NCBI GenBank assembly: GCA_963699755.1
Contig: CAVOVB010000001.1
Location: forward strand, 1,152,001-1,216,000
Length of the DNA: 64,000 bases
Origin: an uncultured delta proteobacterium
GTDB lineage: Bacteria; Myxococcota_A; Polyangia; Polyangiales; Houyiibacteriaceae
Reading direction: 5' to 3'
The position numbers and the translations under genes are program-made. Shown piece after piece: positions 1 through 8,857 of this stretch. The notes beneath the pieces are model-generated. The model worked only from the letters and a program-made list of their open reading frames with translations. It was not told the DNA's origin and made no database searches. How positions within the stretch are numbered: position 1 is the first letter of the stretch; every line of letters begins with the position of its first letter.

Positions 1-1
1 G

Positions 2-1405
2 AAATCGAGCGGGATCGGCTTCGAGCAGGTGCATGACTTCGTCGCGTTCCGGGTTATCACGGAGAGCGTCGCTGATTGCTATGCCACGCTCGGCGTCATT
101 CACTCGGAGTGGACGCCCGTTCCCGGCCGCTTCAAGGACTATATCGCGCTGCCGAAGTCCAACATGTACCAGTCGCTGCACACGACGGTCATCGGGCCAG
201 GCAATCGTCGAGTGGAAATCCAAATCCGGACCCACGAGATGCACCGGACCGCAGACTACGGCATCGCAGCGCATTGGCAGTACAAAGAGCACGGCGGCGG
301 TATCGATCCCAAGGACGCGGCACGTTTCGTTTGGCTTCGTCAGCTGATGGAGTTCCAAAAGGAAGTGGTCGACCCCGAGGAGTTCTACGAGAGCGTGAAG
401 GTCGACCTCTTCCCGGAGGACGTCTACGTGTTCACGCCCAAGGGAGACGTCATGACGTTCCCGCGCGGCGCCACGCCGGTTGACTTCGCCTATGCGGTTC
501 ACTCCGAAGTCGGACACCGCTGCTCGGGCGCCAGGGTGAATGGCGCGATCGTTCCTTTGCGCCACAAGCTTCAAAACGGTGACGTGATCGAGATCATCAC
601 CAGCAAGAATCACCATCCCAGCAAGGACTGGCTGGAGTTCGTGATGACCAGCCGTGCCCGCTCGCGCATCCGCCTCTACCTCCGGGCCGAAGAGCGGAAG
701 CACGCCGTGAAGCTCGGTAAGGAGCTCCTCGAAAAGGAGATGCGGAAGAACAACGTGTCGCTTTCGCGATTCCTCAAGGGGAAGCGCTCGAAGGAAGTGT
801 TCTCTCGATTCCATGCGGGCTCCGAGGACGACCTCTATGCACGGATCGGCATCGGCAAGCTCGCGCTGCCGAGCGTCATGGAACAGGTGCTTCCGAAGGA
901 AGACGCCGAACGCGACAGCCTTCGGCCCGGTTTCATCGAGCGCGCGGTTCAGCGCGTTGCCGGTGATGTCGAGGGAGCGGGGATCCGCATTCAAGGCATG
1001 GACAACATGCTCGTCCGCTTTGCGCAGTGCTGCAATCCCGTCCCAGGTGATCCCGTGACCGGTTGGATCACGCGTGGCCGGGGGGTTTCGGTGCATCGAA
1101 GAGGTTGCCCGCGCGTCCTCGAGCTCGACCCCGAGCGGCGCGTCCAGGTCAGCTGGGCGGACCACGTCGACGTCGACCTTCCGGTCTCGCTACGCGTCAT
1201 GACCGATGATCGAGCGGGAATCCTCGCATCCGTGTCTTCGGTATTCTCGACGAACGGCGTCAGCATCAGCGAAGCATCGTGCCTGTCGAAGGATGGCCGC
1301 GCCGAAAACCTGTTCCACTTCCGAGTCGGCGACATCGATCGCCTCCGCGAAATCATGCGAGGCGTCGCCAAGGTCAAAGGCGTCCTCGACGTGGAACGCG
1401 TCTAG
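2..1405 (+). CDS. rel: RelA/SpoT homologue (p)ppGpp synthetase/hydrolase, 5'-truncated by window edge
   Basis: Synthetase motifs GRFKDYIALPKSNMYQSLHTT and EIQIRT; TGS domain (VFTPKG...TPVDFAYAVH); CCNPVPGD zinc-finger region; C-terminal ACT domain. Frame is open to the window start. Confidence 0.95.
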   Translation, partial: KSSGIGFEQVHDFVAFRVITESVADCYATLGVIHSEWTPVPGRFKDYIALPKSNMYQSLHTTVIGPGNRRVEIQIRTHEMHRTADYGIAAHWQYKEHGGGIDPKDAARFVWLRQLMEFQKEVVDPEEFYESVKVDLFPEDVYVFTPKGDVMTFPRGATPVDFAYAVHSEVGHRCSGARVNGAIVPLRHKLQNGDVIEIITSKNHHPSKDWLEFVMTSRARSRIRLYLRAEERKHAVKLGKELLEKEMRKNNVSLSRFLKGKRSKEVFSRFHAGSEDDLYARIGIGKLALPSVMEQVLPKEDAERDSLRPGFIERAVQRVAGDVEGAGIRIQGMDNMLVRFAQCCNPVPGDPVTGWITRGRGVSVHRRGCPRVLELDPERRVQVSWADHVDVDLPVSLRVMTDDRAGILASVSSVFSTNGVSISEASCLSKDGRAENLFHFRVGDIDRLREIMRGVAKVKGVLDVERV

Positions 1406-1444
1406 CCGCCCCCTCAGGCCGCCGACCGCAACCCGCCCCCGGGC

Positions 1445-2275
1445 TCATCCGCTGCCGTCGCGCGTCTCCCGCCACAGGATCCCGATTGCCGCGGCCGCTC
1501 CAGCGATCGCCAGCAACAGGATCCACCAGCCGATGTGCTCGACGTCCTGGCTCAGGGTATTGAAGCCCTCGATTCGATACAAAGTCGCAGGCAACAACAA
1601 GGGCAGGGCGTTGACGCCGGCGTGCATTGCAATGCTAGCCAAGGTGGAGCTCGTTCGGAGCGCGACCGCGCCAAGCACGAACCCGCCGACTGTAGCGTAC
1701 AGAACGGCCGAAGCTTCCGCGTGAACCAGGCCGAAGAGGGCGGAGCTCCAGAGCAGTGCCGGTGCGTCGCCATACGCCTCTTTGAGGTCCTGGAGCAGCC
1801 AACCTCGAAACAGGAGCTCCTCGGTCACCGGGGCGACGAGGACCAACGCGACCAGAATCGACATCCCAGCCCACCAAGTCGTCGGATTGACCAGCCGGTA
1901 CCGGCGGGCGAGCTCGTCGAAGCTGAGCGGCCAGAGCTCTTGCACGAGGTTCCCGAGCTCGGCGAGCGGGAGCTGCAGGAACGCTCCGGCGATGAAGCAG
2001 AGGGCTACGATTCCTCCGAGCAGCGGCCGAACGTGCATCGATTCGAGCAAGCCAAGATCTCGCCGGCGGCGCGGAAAAGCGATGATGTACAGGACCCCGA
2101 AGGCCGCCGCTTGGACCAATGCGAGGTTGAGCGGCGCCTGACCGGCGGCCTCGATCGCCTCGCTCGGGGGCACCGACCAGCTCGAGAGCTGGAGAAAGCC
2201 GGCGCAGAGCAAGAGCAGCTGAACGAGGGCTGGGAACGCTAACGCGATCAGAAGAGCTTTCAGATATCCGCCCAC
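1445..2275 (-). CDS. CPBP (CAAX/Abi-family) intramembrane glutamic endopeptidase
   Basis: Multiple TM helices; EELLFRG (EExxxR), FGLVH and HAGVN motifs. Confidence 0.85.
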   Translation of the reverse strand: MGGYLKALLIALAFPALVQLLLLCAGFLQLSSWSVPPSEAIEAAGQAPLNLALVQAAAFGVLYIIAFPRRRRDLGLLESMHVRPLLGGIVALCFIAGAFLQLPLAELGNLVQELWPLSFDELARRYRLVNPTTWWAGMSILVALVLVAPVTEELLFRGWLLQDLKEAYGDAPALLWSSALFGLVHAEASAVLYATVGGFVLGAVALRTSSTLASIAMHAGVNALPLLLPATLYRIEGFNTLSQDVEHIGWWILLLAIAGAAAAIGILWRETRDGSG

Positions 2276-2365
2276 GACAATGCGCAGCCTGCCATGTACC
2301 GCCGGGTCAGTCCCAAGATATGAGCCTGCCCTGCTCGTCCGACCCTGCTATAGCCGCTGAGCAGC

Positions 2366-4477
2366 ATGAGGATCCGCTTCCTGTTCATCGTCGGCTTGCT
2401 GAGCCTCAGCTTCGCCTGTGCACATTCGGGATCAACCGGCGGAAGCGCCCGGGTGAAGGGGGCGGAACCGATCGCTCGGGTCGAGTACCCCGACGAGGCC
2501 CGGCGGTTCTTGATGATGTCGCTCGACAACCCGGAGCGCCTCGAGCTTCGAGATCGCCTCGTCGCGTCGGTGCTTTTACAGGCGCAGAGCCTGGCCGACG
2601 TGGGTGACTACGAAGGCGTCGTGCTCGAGATGAGCCACTTGACGACTTTCTTGTCGCCTTCGGACTATGCGGCCGGGGTTCTTCCGAAGCAGGTCGAACC
2701 GATCGCGAAGTACATCGCCGACCGCGGAGGGCACCTTGGCGACGAGGGGTACGTGCTCGCGGCGAACTTCATGCTTGCGCGCTTGACCGGGGACGAGATC
2801 TACCAGAACTACTACGACGAGATTGCCGATTGGGGACGCGATGCGCGTTCGAACCTCGACACGGTCACCGAGCAATACGCAGGCCTGATTTCGGTCTGGA
2901 CCGATCATGCGGACCTGACGCCCGCGCCCGAGGTTCTCGACACGCTGGCCGGTCTGCACATCGCTGGACGCGATGCGGTCGCTGCAGAGTCGCTCGAGAC
3001 GCGCCATCGACTTGGCATCGGAGGGGAGCGGCAGCTTAGGCTTGCTCCATTGAACGTCGCGGCGGTCTACCTTTCGCATGGGGACATCGCGTCGGCGATC
3101 GCGAAGGTCAGCTCGATGGGCTCCGACGGAGAGCTTCAGCTGCGCCTGCTCGAGCTGCTGCGGACGGCTCAGAGCAATGACGACGAGGGGGCGGCTGCGA
3201 CCTTTGAGCTCGTCGAGGGCTACCGGGTGGCGCGGCCCGACGTGGCCGCCGGGCTTTGCCAGGCGACGCTGATTCGTTTCCCAAGCGACTATCGATTTCC
3301 GACCTGCATGGCCCGGGTAGCAGCGGATTCGCAGCAATTTGCGGACGCAACTGCCTGGTACGCGATCGCCATCGAGCTGGCACCGGATATGATCGAGCTC
3401 TACGACGAGGCGCTCGGCCAGCTGGACGAGTTTATCGAGACCCGGCTCTCCGACCCGCACCCCGAGCGCTCCGGCTCGCTTGCGCGAGGCGCTGAGACAA
3501 TCCTAGCCGAACGCCAGAAGCGCTGGCCGGACTCTACGCCGCCGATCGCGCCCAACCATCTCGAGTTTCTGATCGGCATGCTGGAGATGAACGCCGGTCG
3601 CGCCGCCGAAGCGGAGCGACGCTTCAAGCAGAGCCTAGGAGAAGACGAAAACGTCGAGGCTCTGATGCAGCTCGGACTGCTGCTCGAGCGAACCGGGCGG
3701 CCAGCCGAGGCCGAGCAGCAATTCCGGCGAGCTTTGGCGCTGAGCCCGTCGGCGACTCTTGCCGACGACGTCCGCCGTGCCGAGATCCTCGAGAACCTAG
3801 GCAACACATCTCGCGCGCAGGGTAAGACGGGCGACATGAAAGCGCAGTACACTGCTGCGCTCGAGGCCTGGACGGCTGCACGCGACCAAGTCGAAGGGCC
3901 GACTGGCGCGATCGTCGAGATGCGACGGGGGGTGCTCCTCGATCACTTGGGTCGCCATCCGCAGGCGGTCGATGCGTTCGAGAGCGCAATGACCTTCGCG
4001 CCACAATGGCGGGACGTCTATGCTGGCATCCTCTCTCACCTCGTCTCCTCCCCGGTCGACATCGAGCTCGCGTCGTCCGTCTGGCGACGGTCGCAGTTGC
4101 ATCTGAGCCTCGCGCCCGAGTGGAAGGTCTACTTCACGCTCTGGATTCAGTTCATTACCGCCCGCGCCGGCCAGCCGCCCGTACAAGAGCACAGCGAAAT
4201 CCTCCGAAGCCTCGGCGGTAGCTCCACCTGGTGGGGCAAGCTCGCGAGCTTCGGCGCAGGCGAGCTCGACTATGCAGGCCTCATGAGCGTCGCATCGAGC
4301 TTGGGTGAACGGACCGAGGCGCTCTACTACGAAGGGACGCGGCTCTTCATAGAGGGCGACAAGCAGGGGGCGGACAGGAAGTTTCAAGAGGTCTTAGACA
4401 CCAACATGGTGAGCTTTTTCGAGTTCGAAATGGCTCGGAAGCTGCTCTTGGAAGAGGCCGGAGCCGGGGAACCGTGA
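2366..4477 (+). CDS. TPR-repeat lipoprotein with NlpI-like C-terminus
   Basis: Signal peptide with lipobox SFAC; TPR-like repeats (ALMQLGLLLERTGRPAEAEQQFRRAL); C-terminal EALYYEG...FQEVLDTNMVSFFEFEMA resembles the NlpI C-terminus. Confidence 0.7.
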   Translation: MRIRFLFIVGLLSLSFACAHSGSTGGSARVKGAEPIARVEYPDEARRFLMMSLDNPERLELRDRLVASVLLQAQSLADVGDYEGVVLEMSHLTTFLSPSDYAAGVLPKQVEPIAKYIADRGGHLGDEGYVLAANFMLARLTGDEIYQNYYDEIADWGRDARSNLDTVTEQYAGLISVWTDHADLTPAPEVLDTLAGLHIAGRDAVAAESLETRHRLGIGGERQLRLAPLNVAAVYLSHGDIASAIAKVSSMGSDGELQLRLLELLRTAQSNDDEGAAATFELVEGYRVARPDVAAGLCQATLIRFPSDYRFPTCMARVAADSQQFADATAWYAIAIELAPDMIELYDEALGQLDEFIETRLSDPHPERSGSLARGAETILAERQKRWPDSTPPIAPNHLEFLIGMLEMNAGRAAEAERRFKQSLGEDENVEALMQLGLLLERTGRPAEAEQQFRRALALSPSATLADDVRRAEILENLGNTSRAQGKTGDMKAQYTAALEAWTAARDQVEGPTGAIVEMRRGVLLDHLGRHPQAVDAFESAMTFAPQWRDVYAGILSHLVSSPVDIELASSVWRRSQLHLSLAPEWKVYFTLWIQFITARAGQPPVQEHSEILRSLGGSSTWWGKLASFGAGELDYAGLMSVASSLGERTEALYYEGTRLFIEGDKQGADRKFQEVLDTNMVSFFEFEMARKLLLEEAGAGEP

Positions 4478-6810
4478 TCGACTTCGAGAAGCTCGGGAAG
4501 CTCTATCTCGGCAGGGAATTCGATCCTGAATCCGGCGAGCCGAACGACATCCCGGTCCTCTACGACTCCAAAGACCTCACCACGCATGCCGTTTGCGTCG
4601 GCATGACCGGGAGCGGCAAGACCGGGCTCTGCCTGACGCTGCTCGAAGAAGCCGCGATCGACGGCATCCCGGCCCTGTGCATCGACCCCAAGGGCGACCT
4701 CGGAAACCTCTTGCTCACCTTTCCCGAGCTTCGGCCGAGCGACTTCGAACCCTGGATCGACCCTGCCGAAGCGGAACGAAAAGGCCACACGGTGCACGAA
4801 GAGGCCGAAGCGGTGGCCAGGCTATGGCGCGACGGACTCGCGAACTGGGGCCAGGACGGTGCCCGCATCGCGCGCTTCCGGGACGCGGTGCACATCGCCA
4901 TCTATACCCCCGGTAGCTCCGCCGGCAGGCCGCTTCGTGTGCTCGAAGCATTCGATCCTCCGAAGGAGGGGGCGGACGAGGACGAGCAGCGCGACCAGAT
5001 CATGGGGGCCGTTTCCGGTCTCCTCGCGCTTCTCGGCATCGAGGCCGATCCGGTCAACAGCAAAGAGCACATCTTGCTGTCGAATCTCTTATCGCACGCC
5101 TGGTCGAATGGAGAGTCCGTGCAGCTCGGTGACCTCGTCCGTAGGATTTCGGCGCCTCCTTTCGGTCGGATCGGCGTGATGGACTTGGAGACCTTTTATC
5201 CAGCTTCCGATCGGCAGAAGCTCGCGATGCAGATCAACGGCCTCCTCGCGTCTCCCGGCTTTTCCGCCTGGTTGGAGGGAGAGCCGCTCGACATTCAGCG
5301 TCTGCTCTGGACCGAGGAGGGCAAGGCGCGGATCACGATTCTTTCGATCGCGCATCTGAGCGAAGCCGAGCGTATGTTCTTCGTGAGCACACTGCTCAAT
5401 CGGGTCTTGTCCTGGGTGCGCAGCCAATCGGGGACTTCGAGCCTGCGCGCGCTCCTCTACATGGATGAAGTGTTCGGGTTTCTCCCGCCGGTCTCAGAGC
5501 CCCCGTCGAAGAGGCCGCTGCTCACCTTGCTCAAGCAGGCGCGGGCGTATGGCTTTGGACTCGTTCTCGCGACCCAGAATCCGGTCGACCTGGACTACAA
5601 AGCCCTTTCGAACTGCGGCACCTGGTTTCTCGGGCGGCTTCAGACCGAGCGCGACGTGGCCCGTGTCGTCGACGGGCTCGAGGGCGCATCGGCAGCCGCG
5701 GGGAGCGCGCTCAACCGGGGCGAGATCGAGCGCCTGCTCGCCGGGCTTCGTAGCCGCGTGTTTCTACTGCACAACGCCCATGAGGAGTCGGACGTTCTGT
5801 TCCAGACGCGGTGGGCGATGTCGTACCTTCGTGGGCCGCTCACCCGCAAACAAATCAAGCTGCTGAGCCCGGCCGCCGACCCAGACGCGCCCGATGCTGA
5901 GCCCCACGCAGGGTCGACGCAGGGTGCGACCGCGGCTAAAGGGGCCCGACCCGTGGTCGCGGCCGGTATTGACGAAGCGTTTCTGAGCGATGCGCCGGGG
6001 GTCTATCGCCCACATTTGCTCGCGTCGGTCTCGCTTCACTATTCGCTCGCGGCCCATGGCCTCGATGAATGGGAAGAGCACCTGATGCTCGCGCCGCTCG
6101 AACGGGACGCGCCCTGGGAATCCGCCGAGCTCGTAAGCCCGGAGGCGCTCGAGATCGATCATGATGCACCGGAAGAAGCCCAGTTCGTCACGCCGCCTTC
6201 TGGCTCGGTCGGCAAGGCTCGCTTCCGCAGCTATGTCAAACAGATCAAGAGCTATCTCTACCAGAGCCGACCCAAGACTTTGTGGCGAAACAAGGCCTTG
6301 AAGCTGGAGTCGAAACCGGGGGAAAGCAAGGCCGAGTTCTCGGCGAGGCTGCAGCTCGCGAGACGCGAACGACGCGATGCGGCCGCCGAACGACTGCGCG
6401 AGCAATTCGCCAGGAAGGTCAAGAGCATGCAAGACCGCATCGGCCGCGCGGAGGACAAGGTCGACCGCGAGCAGAGCCAGTATGACCAGCAGAAGCTGCA
6501 GACCGGGATTTCGATGGGCGCCACCGTTTTGGGCGCGATCTTCGGAAGTCGCGGCATGGGTCGCGCGACCACCGCGGCACGAGGGGCGGGCAGGGTCGCT
6601 CGTGAGCGCGAAGACGTCCAACGCGCCGAAGAGGACTTGCGCAAGCTACAGGACGCGCTCCGGGAGCTCGAGATCGAGGCGGAAGAAGAGGTCCGTGCGC
6701 TCGACGCCGAGCTGGAGCGGGAAACACCAGAGCTCGAAGAGGTCATCGTCCGCCCGAAGAAAGCCGACATCCAGGTTACCGACCTCAGGCTTGCGTGGAA
6801 GCCTGACTAA
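4474..6810 (+). CDS. HerA/FtsK-superfamily P-loop ATPase (DUF87/DUF853-like) with C-terminal coiled coil
   Basis: Walker [15 protein letters not shown], Walker B LLYMDE, LATQNP motif; GTGA overlap with upstream stop. Confidence 0.85.
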   Translation: MIDFEKLGKLYLGREFDPESGEPNDIPVLYDSKDLTTHAVCVGMTGSGKTGLCLTLLEEAAIDGIPALCIDPKGDLGNLLLTFPELRPSDFEPWIDPAEAERKGHTVHEEAEAVARLWRDGLANWGQDGARIARFRDAVHIAIYTPGSSAGRPLRVLEAFDPPKEGADEDEQRDQIMGAVSGLLALLGIEADPVNSKEHILLSNLLSHAWSNGESVQLGDLVRRISAPPFGRIGVMDLETFYPASDRQKLAMQINGLLASPGFSAWLEGEPLDIQRLLWTEEGKARITILSIAHLSEAERMFFVSTLLNRVLSWVRSQSGTSSLRALLYMDEVFGFLPPVSEPPSKRPLLTLLKQARAYGFGLVLATQNPVDLDYKALSNCGTWFLGRLQTERDVARVVDGLEGASAAAGSALNRGEIERLLAGLRSRVFLLHNAHEESDVLFQTRWAMSYLRGPLTRKQIKLLSPAADPDAPDAEPHAGSTQGATAAKGARPVVAAGIDEAFLSDAPGVYRPHLLASVSLHYSLAAHGLDEWEEHLMLAPLERDAPWESAELVSPEALEIDHDAPEEAQFVTPPSGSVGKARFRSYVKQIKSYLYQSRPKTLWRNKALKLESKPGESKAEFSARLQLARRERRDAAAERLREQFARKVKSMQDRIGRAEDKVDREQSQYDQQKLQTGISMGATVLGAIFGSRGMGRATTAARGAGRVAREREDVQRAEEDLRKLQDALRELEIEAEEEVRALDAELERETPELEEVIVRPKKADIQVTDLRLAWKPD

Positions 6811-7276
6811 TCGTCTCGAACGCCTCTCGCACCTCCGGAGGAGCCTCGACGAGCTCGATCAGCACGCCTTCGCCGCCTATGGGCATAGCCTCATTCCCCT
6901 TGGGATGAATGAAGCAGACGCGGTGACCCGCGGCGCCAGCCCGGATCCCTCCGGGCGTGAAACGCACGCCTCGATCGCCGAGCCATTCAACGGCCGCTTC
7001 GATGTCGTCGACCCAGAGACCGATGTGGTTGAGGGCCGGCATGTCGACCCGTGGTTTCTTCTCGGGATCGATCGGCTGCATGAGGTCGACTTCCACCGTG
7101 AACGCGCCTGCGCCCATCGTCACGATATCTTCGTCGACGTTCTCCTTCTCGCTCTTGTAGTTTCCGTGCGGAGTCAGTCCCAGGGTGTCGACCCAGAGGC
7201 GGCGCAGCACGCTCTTGTCGCTCGCGCCGACCGCGACCTGCTGGATTCCCAATACCTTGAACGGACGTGTCGCCAT
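6785..7276 (-). CDS. VOC/glyoxalase family protein (methylmalonyl-CoA epimerase-like)
   Basis: [32 protein letters not shown]; start moved to ATG 7276. Confidence 0.8.
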   Translation of the reverse strand: MATRPFKVLGIQQVAVGASDKSVLRRLWVDTLGLTPHGNYKSEKENVDEDIVTMGAGAFTVEVDLMQPIDPEKKPRVDMPALNHIGLWVDDIEAAVEWLGDRGVRFTPGGIRAGAAGHRVCFIHPKGNEAMPIGGEGVLIELVEAPPEVREAFETISQASTQA

Positions 7277-7347
7277 GGTTCCTCTCTTCGGGCGCAGAAC
7301 CTTACCCCGGTTGCCGCCCATGTCCACTTGGGACAGTCTCTCGGCCC

Positions 7348-8310
7348 GTGAAGACCTCTCTCACCGGCATCAAGCCCACGCACTTGCCGCACCTCGGAAA
7401 TTACCTGGGCGCGATTCGGCCCGCGCTCTCGCTGGTCGACCAGTACCGGACGCTCTACTTCATCGCCGACTACCACGCGCTCACCACGGTTCGCGATGCG
7501 GACGCCCTTCGCGGCTACATTCGCGACGTCGCGGCGACCTGGCTGGCTTGTGGGCTCGACCCTGAACGCACCTTGCTCTTCAGGCAGTCCGACGTTCCTG
7601 AGGTGTTCGAGCTCACCTGGGTGCTGAGCTGTATGCTCGCAACCGGCCAGCTCGAACGCGGCCATGCATTCAAAGACGCCTTGGCTCGCGGGGAGTCGCC
7701 CAACGCGGGCATCTTCAACTATCCGGTGCTCATGGCGGCCGACATCCTGCTCTACGACACCGATGTCGTCCCCATCGGCAAGGACCAGAAGCAGCATCTC
7801 GAGCTCACGCGCGACGTCGCGACGCGGCTCAACCACGCCTATGGCGAAGAGACCTTGGTCGTTCCCGAGGCGCTGATCAGCGACGCCCCCCTCGTCCCGG
7901 GCACCGACGGCGAAAAGATGAGCAAGAGCAAGGGCAACGGTATCCCCCTCTTCGAGTCGCCAAAGAAGCTTCGCAAAGTGATCATGAGCATCAAGACCAG
8001 CTCGGAGTCGCTGGAGGATCCAAAGGTCGCCGAAGGCTCGACGGTCTACGAGCTGTACTCCCTGATCGTTCCTGAGCAGGCTCCCGGCATGAAGCGAAAG
8101 CTCGAGGCGGGCGGCTACGGCTGGGGCCACGCCAAAGACGACCTATTTCAAGCCGTGGAAGCCGAGATCGGGCCCAAGCGGGAAGCGTATCTATCGATTC
8201 GTGCGGACGAGCCTGGGCTCGACGCCATCCTCCACGCTGGTGCCGGCAAGGCGCGTGAGATCGCGCGCGCGACGATGCAGCGGGTGCGTCGCGCGGTCGG
8301 AGTCGACTGA
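7348..8310 (+). CDS. trpS: Tryptophan--tRNA ligase
   Basis: TGIKPT..PHLGN (HIGH-like), [27 protein letters not shown]; likely GTG start at 7348. Confidence 0.96.
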   Translation: MKTSLTGIKPTHLPHLGNYLGAIRPALSLVDQYRTLYFIADYHALTTVRDADALRGYIRDVAATWLACGLDPERTLLFRQSDVPEVFELTWVLSCMLATGQLERGHAFKDALARGESPNAGIFNYPVLMAADILLYDTDVVPIGKDQKQHLELTRDVATRLNHAYGEETLVVPEALISDAPLVPGTDGEKMSKSKGNGIPLFESPKKLRKVIMSIKTSSESLEDPKVAEGSTVYELYSLIVPEQAPGMKRKLEAGGYGWGHAKDDLFQAVEAEIGPKREAYLSIRADEPGLDAILHAGAGKAREIARATMQRVRRAVGVD

Positions 8311-8311
8311 G

Positions 8312-8821
8312 TCAGTAGACGCTGCTCCACTGCGCTTCGTCGTCGAAGGATTCGTATTCTTCGGTCTCGGGCTTGGGTTGTGTCTGCTGCGCACCCTCTG
8401 GGATCACCAGCAAGCCAGGATGCCCGCTTTCGATCGATTCGTTGGTCAGCAGGAAGGTCTGCTTGTGCTTCTGCCAGGTCTGCCGAATCACCGTATTCGC
8501 CAGGACCATCGTGGTCTCGTCGTACCAGCGAACCGCCACTCGCGAAAACGCCCCAGCGCCTTCCTCGTCGGTTTCCGGGTTCATGCCGAGGATTTCGGTA
8601 TCCGCAATCTGAATGTCATGGCCCCAGCGCATGTGCGAGAGCTTGTATTGGGTTTGGAAGGGAGGTGAGACATGTCCGCTCGCGACGTCCATGCGGCCCC
8701 AGCGAGCGCCTTCGTTGAGCTCGATGACCGAATCGCGCATGCGCGTTTCAGGGCTCAAGTTCTGAATCAAGCAGCCGCCGACCCCAATCAGGGCGGCTGC
8801 CAACCACAATCGTCTCGCCAT
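8312..8821 (-). CDS. Hypothetical lipoprotein
   Basis: Signal MARRLWLAAALIGVGGC with Cys lipobox; acidic tail; fills the gap between genes. Confidence 0.7.
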   Translation of the reverse strand: MARRLWLAAALIGVGGCLIQNLSPETRMRDSVIELNEGARWGRMDVASGHVSPPFQTQYKLSHMRWGHDIQIADTEILGMNPETDEEGAGAFSRVAVRWYDETTMVLANTVIRQTWQKHKQTFLLTNESIESGHPGLLVIPEGAQQTQPKPETEEYESFDDEAQWSSVY

Positions 8822-8857
8822 GGCCCGACGCTAGGCCCGAGGCTCTCTGCTGGGCAA

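Noticed and set aside
1445..2275. 'Abi' family protein as abortive-infection defence
   Set aside because: CPBP/Abi is an intramembrane protease family; the name does not imply defence and there is no bacteriocin context
4474..6810. HerA-type anti-phage system or conjugative VirB4/VirD4
   Set aside because: No nuclease, Sir2 or T4SS partners and no mobile-element context; flanked by housekeeping genes
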